Positions 37,433 to 50,558 of a stretch of 64,000 nt of DNA are shown in pieces. The notes beneath the pieces were generated by a model. It made no database searches, was not told the origin of the DNA, and was given only the letters and a program-made list of their open reading frames with translations. The DNA lies in NCBI GenBank assembly GCA_964234715.1, contig OZ174277.1. The stretch is one strand, 5' to 3'. Made by a program: the position numbers and the translations under genes. The first letter of the stretch is position 1, and every line of letters starts with the position of its first letter. This stretch comes from Podarcis melisellensis. Taxonomy: Eukaryota.

Positions 37433-39789
37433 CTGAGAGGACAAAGAACCAGAAAAAGTGGAGTGGGTGGGGGAGAGAAAAACAACAACAGTTAGCATTA
37501 TCCTTCACAACTTTTCTAAAAGGCACATTTTCTGCTAAGAGGAAAGTTAAGAACCCCACACTACTTAGAAGAGGCTCAAGACTTCCTTTAGGATAATGAT
37601 GCGATGTGAGATGAGAGGCGAGAGATAGCCCTATCAGCCTGTGAAGTTCTAAAATGAATACGGCTTGATTCCTTCCATTAAAAGTGGAAACCATTTAACT
37701 GTGTTAGGGACAGAGGTCCACAGCTATTAGTGTTTCAAGGGCAGCAAGGCTACATTCTCCAGTTCAATGGAAGGTTCATAACTGTGGCAGACTGCATGTG
37801 ATTCACGAAGAAACAGTCTTCATTTAAAATTATCCTCAGGTAGCATGGTTGGGAAAGACATCTGCCTGAGAGCTTCTTACAGGTGTTCGAAGGGAAGAGA
37901 CCAAGGGTCTAACTCAGCAAGGTGGTTTCTTGCATTCAGATATGTGTCCTTGGCTATGAAATAAATGTGCTGAATTTAAAATCTAAGAGAACATAGCTGT
38001 TGACACAGTCTTTATTAAACCCTTCCAGTTACTGCAATAACCAAAGTACAGTTCTGTATCAGATTCCAGAACTGTCTCTCATTGTCCTTCACAATTTGGG
38101 TATTTTTGAACAGGCAACTGAGCAAGTACAGCTGCTATGGGTGCACACTTTACAGCCAGCCAACAATGAGAATGATGTCTGTATAATTAGCAATATTTGC
38201 TACAAAATCGTTGCTTGTTGTTTCAATATGAAATCTATCTCAACATGGACAACATGGTGCCTTCCAGATGTGGTTGCACTCAAACTCTCATCAGACCTAG
38301 ACAGCATGGCCAACAATCCAGAGGGCATCCCTGAGGCTTCTTTGTCTCCTTTTCTAGTTGTAAAACAGGGGTGGGGACCCTTTAGAGCTCAAGGGCTGCA
38401 TTTTCTTCTGGACAACCTTCCAGGTCCCACACGCCAATGGTAGGTGGGGGCAGAGCAACTATTGCAAAGTTTACTTGTTCACCATAGATTAGTTTCCACA
38501 CAGACTTGCCTTGTACACTGCTCTTTGTCTTCCATCCCAGAAAGCAAGAAGCATTATCAGAGTTCAAGGCAAAAAGAACCCCAGAGAAATGCAAAGCAGG
38601 ATTGGTTAGGGCTGCGGCCAGGCAGAGAAACCGGGAGAGAGGTGATAGACCCCATTTGGTCTCCAGGTCAGAGTTTCCCCATCGCTGCCATGGGATAGTA
38701 CAGTAGTATGAACAAACCTGTCCCAATGCCTGTTTTGGTGAGGCAGATGCTTTTGCAAAAGAAAAAGGGGATCCTGAGAGAAACTGCTTTTGATGAGAGA
38801 ATGATTTGGGGGGGATTACTGGAGCCACATGGTTTCTGGCTGAGATACCTCGACTGCTGCTGCTGTCAACTTAGCCAATAAATTTGTAAATTCACACCAC
38901 AAAACACCCTTTCTTCCCCCTCTCACTAAAAGGGAAATGAGCCCCAGAAGGCTCTTAAAACACTCCACTGCTTGAAGAAAGAGCACGACCATCCTTTATA
39001 TTGATTTGTTGCTTAGTTTCTGAGCCACACTGTCAAAACTACTAAGACTTCTTGTGGCAGAGCTTCATGGCAGATGTGCCTCTCTCTATTAAGGTTTTGC
39101 AATAATTAGAGGAAATGATGAGAGAAAGCCCAAGGGGAGCAACGGTTTACCATGTAGCTTATTATAACGCCACTGCTCAGGGATTCCCTCTGTCACTAGT
39201 TGACTCTGACTGCTTTTTAACCTGCTGCTTTTGATATTCATTTTGTAAGTAGGTTGAACAGGGAGTTGCTGATGCATTATCAGCACATTATTCTGCTTTT
39301 TGTTATAGGAGCACATTGGTGCTCAACTTGCCATTTGACGCTAGCCAGCATCCATATCTTCCTCTTAGATCATTCTGTCATTAGAAATAGGAAATCCCAT
39401 CTTTATTGGAAGCATTGCACCTGAATGTCGATTCTTACGCGGAAAATTGTTTGCTTAGCAGTGCAGTGCCTTTCCCCATAAATTAGTTCCTCTCATTCAG
39501 TTAAGTGCAGAAATGAAATCCAGTACAAATTTCATAGTGTGTGACACCTTCAATAGTGGAGACACTGCTCATGCGCCGTCTTGTTTTCTTTGAAGCAATT
39601 CTAGGTTTACGACAGAAGTAAGATTTTGAGCAACTCAGATATCTAATGCTGGCTTTGTTTTCCTTCCTCTCATTGGCGGTGGCTGTGAAATGCTGCCTTT
39701 TCAAGTTAGCTTTTGGAACACTCCATCTTTTAATCTTTTAATGGAATTGTGATGCTTATACTTTATCGGATTTTTATTTTGCATTACAC

Positions 39790-39952
39790 TTATACCCCAC
39801 TTTTTCTTTCCTTTTATTTTATCCTTGCAATAGCCTGTGAGATAGGTTAGGCTGAGAGACAGTGACTGGCCCAAGGTCCCCCAGTGAGCTTCATGGCTTA
39901 GTAGTCTTCCAGTTCCTATTATGACACACTAAGCACTACACCACACTGGCTC
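39790..39952 (-). mobile_element. CORE/MIR-like SINE
   Basis: Minus strand agagccagtgtggtgtagtg...gccatgaagctcactggg...ccttgggccagtcactgtctctcagcctaaccta. Confidence 0.8.
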
Positions 39953-40517
39953 TAATGGGCCATCATGCACTAATAGGTGGATAAGAGGAAAAACTGTAGA
40001 TCCAGGGAGCCAGTAGTCCATGGGACTGGCCTGGCGAACCCAAGGAATGCCCCCCCCTCTGGTTATGCAATGCAGTCACTTTCTCTTGAGCTAGCTGGAA
40101 ACACTGGCCTAGGGCTCAGCCCTCATCTTCCCAGCATGAAAGTGTAAACAGGCTTCAGAATATCCTGTGCACCTCAGTCACTCCCTTCCGTCGAACTGAC
40201 TGGCAGGAGCAAGCAGGTGAAGTGCAAAGGAGAAAACTCTTCTAAAGTTTCTGTTGCTATCCAGTGGTGGCGAGGGGCATTAAATTGCCCTTTGGCCATT
40301 TCACAGCTCAAATGGAAAAGAGTCCATGTTTCCAAGCCCTACAGTGCTTGCTCAATTCCAAACACTACTCCCTGTGAAGAGAATGTTACTAGGCATCTTG
40401 TTTCCAGTCTTGGGCAGGATGTTACAAACGCTGCCTGTTCAACAACTCAAGCACACATCCAAAACATCGGTTCTTTTTTTCAACAGCAACCACTAAAGCG
40501 ATAAGTTGCGCTCTTAC

Positions 40518-40570
40518 CTATTTGCCAATCCCAGGGAACTTTTAACAACTCCTTGTGTTCCATTATGGCA
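40518..40570 (-). CDS. SLC35F1: SLC35F1 small coding exon (equivalent to exon 6), 53 nt: (L)AIMEHKELLKVPWDWQI(G)
   Basis: Translated by hand; (CTT)n pyrimidine tract then tttttcag|T, donor G|gtaaga; phases 2/1 fit. Confidence 0.95.
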
Positions 40571-42683
40571 CTGAAAAAGAAGAAGAAGAAAAGTAAAGGT
40601 AAAAATTCATGATGGGAACTCACATTATTTCCAATTAGCTCCCGAAATGAAGACAAATAACTGAGGTTTAGAAATAGATTTGGGAGAACTCCTGCACAGG
40701 TTAAATGCTGTCAGGTCTGTTTAGTCAGCTCTGTCTTTATTCCTGCACATCTCTCAGTTTGAAAGGTAAATGGCACAGTAATAAGAGTCACTAACACACC
40801 AATGAGAGCTGTTTTAATGAAAATGGGCTATCTGCCTAAAGCTGCATATCCACACTGTATGATATACCGGCAACTATTCAGTGTATTAATATTTTTTGGA
40901 GCTAGCAAATAAAATATTAATGATGCATTTGTGTGCATTATATTCTCTTTTAAGCTCATCTGTAGCCAATAAAAATCCCAATAAATCACAGGCAAGAACT
41001 GACTGACCACACAGGGATGAATACCATGGAAGAGACATAGCATAATGCAAGGGTTCATCAGAACTGATGAAGCTGAGATGCGGTCAAGATTTCTCAGTGT
41101 ACACCATATTTTGATAAGTTCATTAACACTAATGTAAAGTTGATCATAAGTCCTTCTATCAGGGAGACTTGCTTGGGACTAAGTTCCAGTGAACTCAGTG
41201 GCAACTTCTTTCTAGCCAACATGAATAGGATTAAATTGTGTTTCTAAAGGCTTGACAATCAGATGTTTTAGAAGATAATAGGCAATTTCTGCATATCTCC
41301 ATTGTTACTGCCTAATTTGCCTAATTTACCAACAGTGGGTATTTCCATGCAAGTAAGCTAGCCCTGAAAACTGGGCGTCTCCGTTGCCCTAAGACCCATG
41401 AGGCAGTATATAAATTCAATTAATAATAAATAAATAAATAAAGTAGCATTAACATCACACAGAGGCAGAATGACACCCAAGTTCCTGGGTGAAGGACTGA
41501 GCCTGTGGCTTATTTTGGGAACAAAGAAAGCAGACAGCTCACATGTGTAGTGCTTGGGTGGGGGGAATATATTGCAATGTGCATTTTGTGGCTCTGTTTT
41601 TGTATGTGCATTTGACGATAAGTGATCTAAAAAACTGTTGCCATCTTGAAAAAATAGACGGGGTGAAATTGGTCAAAAGTCGAAGTGAAGCATTATGTAT
41701 AGAGAGGTGTGAGAAGGACCCAGCAACAGCTGAGCACTAAATAGGTTTTAAAGCAGGAGAGCTTAGTATAAGAAGAATTCTTGGTGGTAGCAAATGTCTG
41801 GAGCAAATTGTTTCAAAGTACTGGCCAAGCTAAGAGGATAATCTGTTGTAAAAAGGAGAAGGTGGCCCCACGGCATCATTTTCCCTTTCATACTGTGCTA
41901 TCTGGCATTAAAACATATGCATATGGTGCTGTGGAGGTGGAAGATATATTAAATGTTACGTATTGAACCCAAGTTTCCTACTATCCTTGCTGGGTTAATT
42001 CAGTTCAGCACCAAAAATCCATATCGTTTTCCTACAGATGCTGGGAGAAAAGAGACAAACAGATGTATGTCTCATACATATTTATATATGCAGGATAATC
42101 TCATCATTTTATGTAAAGCATTAGATTAACAATACATCAGCAACAAATACAGCATAATTTTTATCCTGCTTCTCAGGATGAAGCTACCAAGAAAAAAGAT
42201 TAAGCTGGAGGCAATGAAATCCTTTGGATTTGCCAATAAAATTCATCTTCCTCACACTAGTTTTTGCATAAAATATCTATTTTCCCCCAATCTGTTATTA
42301 CCATGTAGAATTGTCTCAAGACAATGCCCAGACCAGATTCCATTTGATTCTAATCTTTCCTGGAAGTGAAAATAATCAGAATGGCAACTAATTTAGCAAC
42401 ATAATTCAGTGATGACTTGTACATTTTAATGATAAATTCCCTTGTCAGTCAAACTTTTAAAGCTGTCATTGTGCATGCATCCTCAGAAATCCTTGCCATT
42501 GAGCACAGGAGGTATTTATGCCAGGAAAAGACTCGTAATTGCTGATACACAGTAGCCAGCTTTCCTTGAGGAGTGAGTTTTTCTTAATATGAAGTAGCAT
42601 TCTATGATGCTCCCCTCCTGTCTGACTCTTAAGTGGCAAAGTTCACTAATGACTAAAGCACATTGCCTTTTCAGCATGTCTGA

Positions 42684-42856
42684 GCTGTGTACACACTATA
42701 AGACACATTGGAGGCACACTTCCCCCCATAAAAAATTCTGGGCACTGTAGTTTGCTGGGAGTTGTAACTCTGTGAAGGAGAAACTACAGTGGCCAGAATT
42801 CTGTGAGGGGGAAAATGTGCTTCAATTGCGCTTTAAAGGTGTGGTGTGCACACAGC
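42684..42856. mobile_element. Palindromic MITE (Harbinger-like)
   Basis: TIRs gctgtgtacacac / gtgtgcacacagc; inner arms aattctgggcactgtagttt / aaactacagtggccagaatt. Confidence 0.75.
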
Positions 42857-43519
42857 CTACATCAGTTCCAAGGCTACAGGGATTGCCATTTTGGGCACTT
42901 TACTTTCCAAAGCTCGGATCCTATTTTATTTTCTGCAGAAAATATTATTTCTTCAGCTTGACAGGGAAAGCAGAGCATGACGTGCCCTTTGGGGCTGTCT
43001 AAGCACAGTATTGCTGCCTGTGGGCCAGTGCAGGTTTTGCAGAGTGCTGATTTAGAACATGACTGAAATCCATTAAGTTGAAATATTAACACTGACCAAG
43101 CAGAGGCTCAAGAGAAACAGTGGTAATAAAGAGCCATACTGTGCACAAAACCTGCCCAACCGTAGAAAATAAAAGAATTGGTGTTCCAAATGTGTCAATA
43201 ACAAGGAAGCTTGTGTTTGGTGGTCCAAAATGTTAAACAAAACACCAGTAAGGTCCCTAATATTCTGAAAGGCTTTGAAAGTCACAATGCATGCATTTAA
43301 TAATATTAGTTAGGTATTCTTTATTAGTTAATTATTCTTTAGTTAGTTATTCTTTACTCTAGCCAAGCTAGATGTCATTCTTGGTTGCCTATGTATTTTC
43401 CATCAAGGAGGACACAGCTGGGAGATGATTTTGAAAAACAACCAAATGGGGAAGGGTGAAGCACAGCCTTCGTCCAGTCTTCAGCTCTCCAACCAGCAGA
43501 AGAATAAGGCACACACTGA

Positions 43520-43670
43520 GCACTAGTGTGGTGTTGTGATTAGAATGTCAGACTGAAACCAGTGAGATGCAGGATTAGATCCCCACACATGAGCCATGAA
43601 ACATATTTTGGAAAACTCAGTCTCCCTCAGCTAAAATGATGTCATAGGACTGCTGTTGTGAGCATCTTGG
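43520..43670 (+). mobile_element. CORE/MIR-like SINE, degenerate
   Basis: agtgtggtgttgtgattaga...gccatgaa...ctcagctaa, colinear with the other copies. Confidence 0.6.
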
Positions 43671-43993
43671 AACATTGGTTCATTCATCCCGTTTCTACTC
43701 AGCCCAACAGCTCATTTGGCCTTGGGCTTTTATAGTAAGTCACACTCAAACCATACCTTGGTGGGCTACAAACCTCAAGCATTTCTTTTTCATCAGCAAG
43801 TATTTTATTTGGAATGTATGACCAGTGGCAGGTGAATGGTTGGAGGACCAGGGGTTTGGGGGCCATTCAACCTCTACAATACACATGAAAGCACATGTGA
43901 TTGGGAGATTTCCAATGAAACGAAGTGAAGAGATGGTATGGGACTTTCTGGTTTTGTTTCAATAGAAGCAGGCAGCTGCTTTTCCTTACTTAC

Positions 43994-44150
43994 AGTTGAA
44001 TTCCACTGAAGAAGGAACCAAAGAGTCCAATCATGCCTAGAAACTCCACCCGACTCAGGTTCCGTACGATGTACTCTTCACAAACATTGGAGATGCCGTA
44101 GAGAGTGGCTCCACCTAGTACTAGAAGGTCCCCTATAAGTTTATTTTCTC
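43994..44150 (-). CDS. SLC35F1: SLC35F1 coding exon (equivalent to exon 5), 157 nt: (G)[51 protein letters not shown](L)
   Basis: Not in the ORF track; translated by hand. Acceptor ctcctag|GA, donor CT|gtaagt; phases 1/2 fit the flanking exons. Confidence 0.96.
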
Positions 44151-45172
44151 CTAGGAGCACAAAAAGAATATATATATATATATATGAAAAAGCAGATCAA
44201 AATCTGCTATCAGAGCTCTCCTTCATCAAATCTCTTTACACTTTTGGAAAGACTTTTGCACCTTTCCTTTGAGGGTAAATTTATCTCTGCATGTTCATTG
44301 CACATGCAGGACAGTTACCTCCAAGGAGACACTAAAGGCAAAGCTTTTGCAAAATCTTCAATGCAATGTCGTGAATTCAAAGGTAAGTGGATAGAAAGAA
44401 GTTCACAGAAGGAAATATCCATCCCACCTGTTCTCTTCACCTGGCCTTGGCCCTTTGAAAAATCTCTCTAGAGGACCTTCTGAACAATATGGGATGGGGA
44501 GCTAAGGGAAGGGGGAATTGCCCGAACTCAGGCAAATCTTAGCTCAGCTTTGAACAATTTCCCCCACTTTCAGCAGTCCCCTACACCTCATCCCATGTTG
44601 TTTAGAAAATGGTATTTTGGGGGGGGATCACTGCTATCTACTGGGAAGAAGGGTGGGTGGGAAACTTTTGAGTGGTTTTTAAAATATGGGGTAGCAATCA
44701 AAAATCAATCTCCTGCAGGCAGCCCAAAATGACACAAAACTAGCACTTTCCCACAGGACTTTACTCTACCTTTATATACGTGCTGGAGTCACGCAACAAT
44801 AGTACAGTGTTTGCTTTTGTTGCGTGTTAAATAGTGGTATGAGGGAGCTGTTTGTGTTTTAAGCATTGAGACGTTACGGTAATCTTTGTCTTCAAGTTTC
44901 CCCAAATTCACACACACACCAATCTGTTAAAAAAGAGATTCCTCCTGATTTCCTGCCAAATTAGTTAAGCACAACTTACTCCTTGCAAAGTTGCAGGAAA
45001 GCCCTGACATGCACTGTATACAGATTGTAGAGTTAAAATGACCACTAGCACATGTGCAGACCAGTATACAGAAGCTGTACATGGCAGTCGCATGCTACAC
45101 ATGACCTTTCAAAAGGTCATCCTGCCTCTATATAGCATTATGGCAATTAAGGGCTTTGTTGGGACCTTAATA

Positions 45173-45393
45173 CAGTGGTTTAAGAACAGTCCTGTTTAAG
45201 AACGATTCATTTACAAACCCCTCAAATCTGGAAGTAGTGTCCCAGTTTGCGAACTTTACCTCAGTCTAAGAACGGTGGAAAGGCGCCGGTGGCGGGAGGC
45301 CTCATTAGGGAAAGCGCACCTCGGTTTAAGAACGGTTTCGGTTTAAGAACGGACTTCCGGAACGGATTAAGTTCGTAAACCAAGGTACCAGTG
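45173..45393. mobile_element. Tc1/mariner (pogo/Tigger-like) MITE, TA-flanked
   Basis: TA|cagtgg...gtaaaccaaggtaccagtg|TA; repeated gtttaagaac subterminal motifs; left TIR internally deleted; CpGs largely retained. Confidence 0.8.
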
Positions 45394-45654
45394 TATGTTA
45401 TTTTAAGAGTCTCATGCGCCATTTGGCCTGGATTCTTTTCCCTGCACATGCAAGGGCACATGTATCAGACAAGCAGATAAATTGAAATAAAAACAGATGC
45501 AGTTTGTGTTGGATCTCCCTTTACAAAATCCCCTTCCCAAACTCGTTTTGAGGCTACAAGGAAATCTTGTTTCTGAACTTCTCTGATTGCTGGAGAACAG
45601 CATTCCAGGCACAGCATTTCTTTCCTGCATGGAAACATGCATGCAGATCCTTAC

Positions 45655-45814
45655 CTGCCCCTTGCTGCCTTCCAACAAGGACATCGGCTCCTGCCATGCA
45701 GCCCATCCCCAGAATGCAGACCACAATGCCAATGAAGTGAACTGCCTTGTACCGAACCAGCAGGAAGAACCAAGATAATAATATCACAACTGGAATCACA
45801 AAACAATCTAGGAG
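45655..45814 (-). CDS. SLC35F1: SLC35F1 coding exon (equivalent to exon 4), 160 nt: LLDCFVIPVVILLSWFFLLVRYKAVHFIGIVVCILGMGCMAGADVLVGRQQGA(G)
   Basis: Long pyrimidine tract then ttacag|CTC; donor GCAG|gtaagg; hydrophobic transmembrane peptide typical of SLC35F; frame continuous with neighbouring exons. Confidence 0.96.
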
Positions 45815-47100
45815 CTGTAAGGGTAGTGGGGAGGAAGATTGAGAGAGAGATAAAAAGAAAGAAAGAAAGAGAGAGAACAACAACTTTAAAACAAAGCATT
45901 GAGGTGCATATGACTACAAATACAGGCTGCTTCTCAAAACATAAGAGAGTTAAAACAGAAGGAAACAGACAGAAATACTTACCTTAGAAGAAATGTGTTC
46001 AAATGGCTCAGGGGCAAAATTCAAGACCCTGCCAGTCTCTTCTTAACCCAACAATGTTGTGATTGAATCTGCTGGGTGCTAACGAGGCTTTTAGGACTGG
46101 GCCTCAACTGAAGCCGATGAGCACTTGCAAATGGGGGTCAGCGACCTTGGCAGAAAATATCTGCTTCTTAATAACAGCACCACTTTATCAGTATTGTTGC
46201 CATTAAAAAGATTCTGACAATTTCAGTAGCAGAATGGCTGTCAGTTATTTAAACAAATGCTACCACCCACATTGTTATTCCTCTTGCTGCTTCAGTGAGG
46301 ACTCGGGGTGTGCAACAATAAAATAAAAGGAATAGTTCTAGAAGCATAATTTTAGGGTTAATATCACAAAGTTGGATAACAGCACTGTGTGAGCATGGGT
46401 GTATGGAGAGTTAGAAGTAGGTGGTCCAAGAATATAGTCGTAGACAAGAATAAAGGTAGTTTTGTATATTATAGGAAAAACCAAGTAGTACATATATGTG
46501 ATGGAACCTAAACATTTGTGGCTTTCCTTTTGTACTTTTTTATCCAATACACAATGTGGATACTCAGGAGGAGATGAAGCAGGTAAATCTCCACTTCAAG
46601 TATAACCCAGAAATGCTGATATTTCTACTGTTGCTAGTAGCATTACTTACTACTACTGTGAGAACTGCACCTCAAGAATCTACCCATGAAGCTGGATGCT
46701 AGCAGCCAAAAAATGAAGCCAGCAAGTGGAGCGTTACCATGAAAGACACTATCTTGAGTCTATTCACCCCCTGCTCAGTTTCTCTATTTCTCTCTCCACA
46801 CATACACTTACATACACACAGAATCGGCTGTATCCAACCCCGCAGCTCTGCTCTGCAACACACTATGGTGTGCACAACATAAATTCCTTTCCCTCTCCTG
46901 TCCCTTCCAGCCACCCCTTCCAGGTACTCTCAGAATCAGCTCTGGAGAGTTGGGAGGTCATCTGCTGCAGATTGCGGCGAACAAGTGGGGGAGGAGAGGA
47001 AACTGAAGTCCTGTGGTGAAAGTGGAATGCTGCTAGTGCGCTGTTGGATATGAGCCACAGATAAAATTTCAAGATAAGAGATTCTGACTGAACTGTAGGA

Positions 47101-47300
47101 ATAACTGTTCTGACAGTAAGAGCTATTCAAAACTAGAATGGACTATCTAAAATAGTGGTGGGCTCTCCTTCACTGGAGGTTCCTAAACTGAGGTTGGGTG
47201 GCTATCTGCCAGGAATTCTCTAGCTATGATTTCTGCATTGCAAGGGCTTGGACTAAATGACTCCTAGTCCCTTCCAGCTCTACAGTTCTATGATTCTATA
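47101..47300 (+). mobile_element. CR1 LINE 3' end
   Basis: ctctccttcactggaggtt...ttggactaaatgac...cccttccagctctacagttctatgattctat. Confidence 0.8.
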
Positions 47301-47448
47301 GATGCACACCAAGTTGTGGACAAAAGGCTGTATAAGCAGGAAAAAATATTTCTTGTTTCCTTCCTCAAAACCAACCCTCCAACATTATAACTCTAGCAAG
47401 TGGTCTTCCTGTGTTCAGTCTGGGCCTTAGAAAGTGGTGTGTGTGAGT

Positions 47449-47468
47449 GGGTGGGTGGGTGGGTGGGT
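47449..47468 (+). repeat. (GGGT)5 repeat, G-quadruplex-competent
   Basis: Five GGG runs with single-T loops. Confidence 0.9.
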
Positions 47469-47978
47469 GCAGAGCAGATTGTTGCTCTTGCCTAACAAAC
47501 TTGGTTCTAAAAAAGTGGACTTTTGTGGTACGGAAAATGATGAGGAAATGTACTGGATACTGTGGGATAACAGGTAATCTGGCAGTGACTTAGCAGTCCC
47601 CAAAAAAGAGCTTTGGACCCAACACTGTAGAATAAGGACCATAGTTAGAGATGTCAACAGGAGATAGGCTCTCTCTGTGTGTTTTGGCAACTGTTCCCCC
47701 ATTCAGTAGCTAAGTTAAAAACTGTTTCGTCAGAACTCTTTTCCTAACACTTGAGATTTCCAAGAGTAAAAGCTAAGAGTTAAAATAGCCCAGTGGTTAA
47801 GAACAGGAGCTATTAGCTGGGTAGTACCCAATTCAATTTTTAACCAACTGATCGTCAGCAAACTGTCTCTCAGGCCTTTGCTTTAAGATAATAATACTGC
47901 CTATTTTATGCAGTGGTGTAAAAAATAACTGAAATAAGTTTGTGATATGTTTGATCATTAAAATTCCAACACACATAA

Positions 47979-48096
47979 GGTTGTGTCCAATGTTAGTCCT
48001 ACTCAAGAGTAAATCCATTGAAATTAATAAGCACAACTAACTTAGCTCCATTAAGTTCCATGAGTCTACACTAAATAAAACTTAGTTGGGTAAACC
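47979..48096. mobile_element. Palindromic MITE (Harbinger-like)
   Basis: Ends ggttgtgtccaa / ttgggtaaacc flanked by TAA/TAG; internal inverted arms. Confidence 0.6.
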
Positions 48097-50340
48097 TAGA
48101 CCAATAATTATTATAACAACGATATTAATACCTTTGCTCAGCATAAGAGAACATATACCAGTGCTTATCTAAGAGCTCAGGTTAAAATTCTCAGAGATAA
48201 AGCTGGAATTTTCATTTCTATGGGGAGGGAAAAATAATTTATAGCAGAGCAAAGCCAGCTCCCTTCCCTCACACTTGAGCCCTACGCCATCAGACTTCAT
48301 GAACAGTGTCAGCTTTTGACAGAATAAAAGTATAGTTGGAACCACTGTAGAGTGAATGGAAGCACCATTATGAATAACAAAAATGGCACAGGATATGCCA
48401 AGGATGTGAGGGCTCAAGCAGTCCCCGGAAACACAGGGGAGAAGAGAACTACTAATGGAGGAGCTCTGGGCTGGAAGCAGCTTCTGCATTTAAAATAAGA
48501 GCATTGATTTAAAAAGGCACACTTAGGCTACTCTGTGGAAAAATAACAAACAAACAAAAATAGCCTCAAGCGTCCCTCACAGCGCATTTCTTAATATATG
48601 AGGAAAAAGTTAACAGAAGCTACTAATAGGCATGGCGTAAGAACTGTCTTGCATCTGTACATCTTGAGGTTTTTTTAAAGCCTTTAAAGTTACAAAACCA
48701 AGCATATAAAGTACAATAAGCAAACTGTCATTTTTCTGGAACGGTCACATTACGTGGGAAATTATGTTTTCAGTTTAGAAGTACGGCAATTTCATATTTA
48801 AAAGAAACGTCCAGCTTCTCATCCCAGAGCCCCAGGAGATATAAACAAGAGAAGTGCATAAACGCTGCATGAAAAACACTGCATTATTACATGTGAACCG
48901 AAGAGAAGAAAAATATAATGATCTCGTGTAAGCTCGTGGTATAACATAGAAGTTTTGTCTTTGGCTGTGTGTGAGAGAGAGGGGGTACTCCATATAAACA
49001 TCTTGTGTTCATCTTACAGAATTATTTGTATCAAATATTTAACATTTACTGACATTTACAGAGACGGTTTGTGGGTACCATAGAGGTGCTGGTGGGCACT
49101 CTCAGGAGCACTGCACTGATGACTCCTACTTTATATGTTTCCTCCAGTAAATAACAGCCTTGGAATTTTCCTAATAACCTCCCCACCACAAAATATTAGG
49201 GTATAAATCTAACATACAGAGGCAATACCAAACTACTTGCAAATATCCTAGAGTTGATTTTTCAAAATATAATTTTACATTAAACACTGCTGGGGTTTTT
49301 TAACATGTAACTTAACTGCAGGGTATAAGACACAACATGTCCATTAACATAATTCAACATACATTTCTAAACATTTATGGAAACATTGTTTTTCTATTTA
49401 TTCTCTCCAGGGATAGCAAGAAATACTTGTTCATTTGTTCACCTCTTTTGATGCATTTTTTTGCAAAGAAATACTTATATATATATAAAACAGTGCAATC
49501 TGTAACCATGAAAAATAATGGAATATTTCCCCATTAACGTCAGTAAGATGTGGAACGCACCCTAGCTATGCAAAAATAAAAGGCTGGTCAGGTCTATTTG
49601 CTTTTCAATTAAGCATTATGGAGAAAGAGAACCGGCAAATTATATTAAGCTTTTTCCACCATATGTCACTGCCTGTCCTGCCTAATACAGTCCTCCTCTT
49701 CAATAGCTAAATTTAATACGATTAAAACAAGGGTGATATGATTGTTTTACATAGTGGAATGGCTGTTCTGTCTAGCCATTAAGAAACAGCTCATTTAAAG
49801 CAATAGAGCTGCTATTGTATTGATTAGGTCTGTGCATAATGCTGTGTATAAAGCTATTCTAAAGGCCTTGTGGCTGCTTTTTATCTTATTAATAGTGTTC
49901 ATGTCTGGTTACTTAACAGAGCCAAGCTGTTATACAGCAATCTGGCTGACCATTGTAACCCCATGCAAGTGACCTTTTCCTTTGTGAGGATCAGCTATTA
50001 AGTGTAAGAAACAGACTGGGGAGGGAGGGAGGAAGGCACATATCTCGCTTCTATGCATAATAGTCCTATAATGAGCACTGAGATGGGGACAGGGGGCGGG
50101 GGACAGGTGTCTCATTGCAGATCAATGCTACCAGGACCTTTAGAATTCAGCTTCTGGCAGTTTGGGGAAATAGGAGGGAAGGAAAGTTTCCTGGGCCGTG
50201 TCCACTGACAACACTTGTAATGAACACCAAAACCCTCAACACTTCTGTCCCTTTAAAAAACCCCATCTTTACCCAGAAGCTCCCTACTTATCATAGAAGA
50301 GTGAGGAAGGCACATCCCAAACATCCTTCCCCCCGAAATA

Positions 50341-50558
50341 CAGTGGCACCTCAGGTTAAGAACTTAATTCGTTCTGGAGGTCCATTCTTAACCTGAAACT
50401 GTTATTAACATGAGGTATCACTTTAGCTAATAGGGCCTCCCGCTGCCGCTGCCGCACGATTTCTGTTCTCATCCTGAAGCAAAGTTCTTAACCTGAGGTA
50501 CTATTTCTGGGTTAGCGGAGTCTGTAACCTAAAGCGTCTGTAACCCGAGGTACTGCTG
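50341..50558. mobile_element. Tc1/mariner (pogo/Tigger-like) MITE, TA-flanked
   Basis: TA|cagtggcacctcaggtta ... taacccgaggtactgctg|TA. Confidence 0.85.

Noticed and set aside
41054-41098. ttcatcag-aa-ctgatgaa hairpin and CTGATGA followed by a ctgaga/tctcag stem (hammerhead or C/D snoRNA look-alike)
   Set aside because: No GAAA core after the stem and no proper C/D box spacing with a terminal stem; short palindromes arise by chance.
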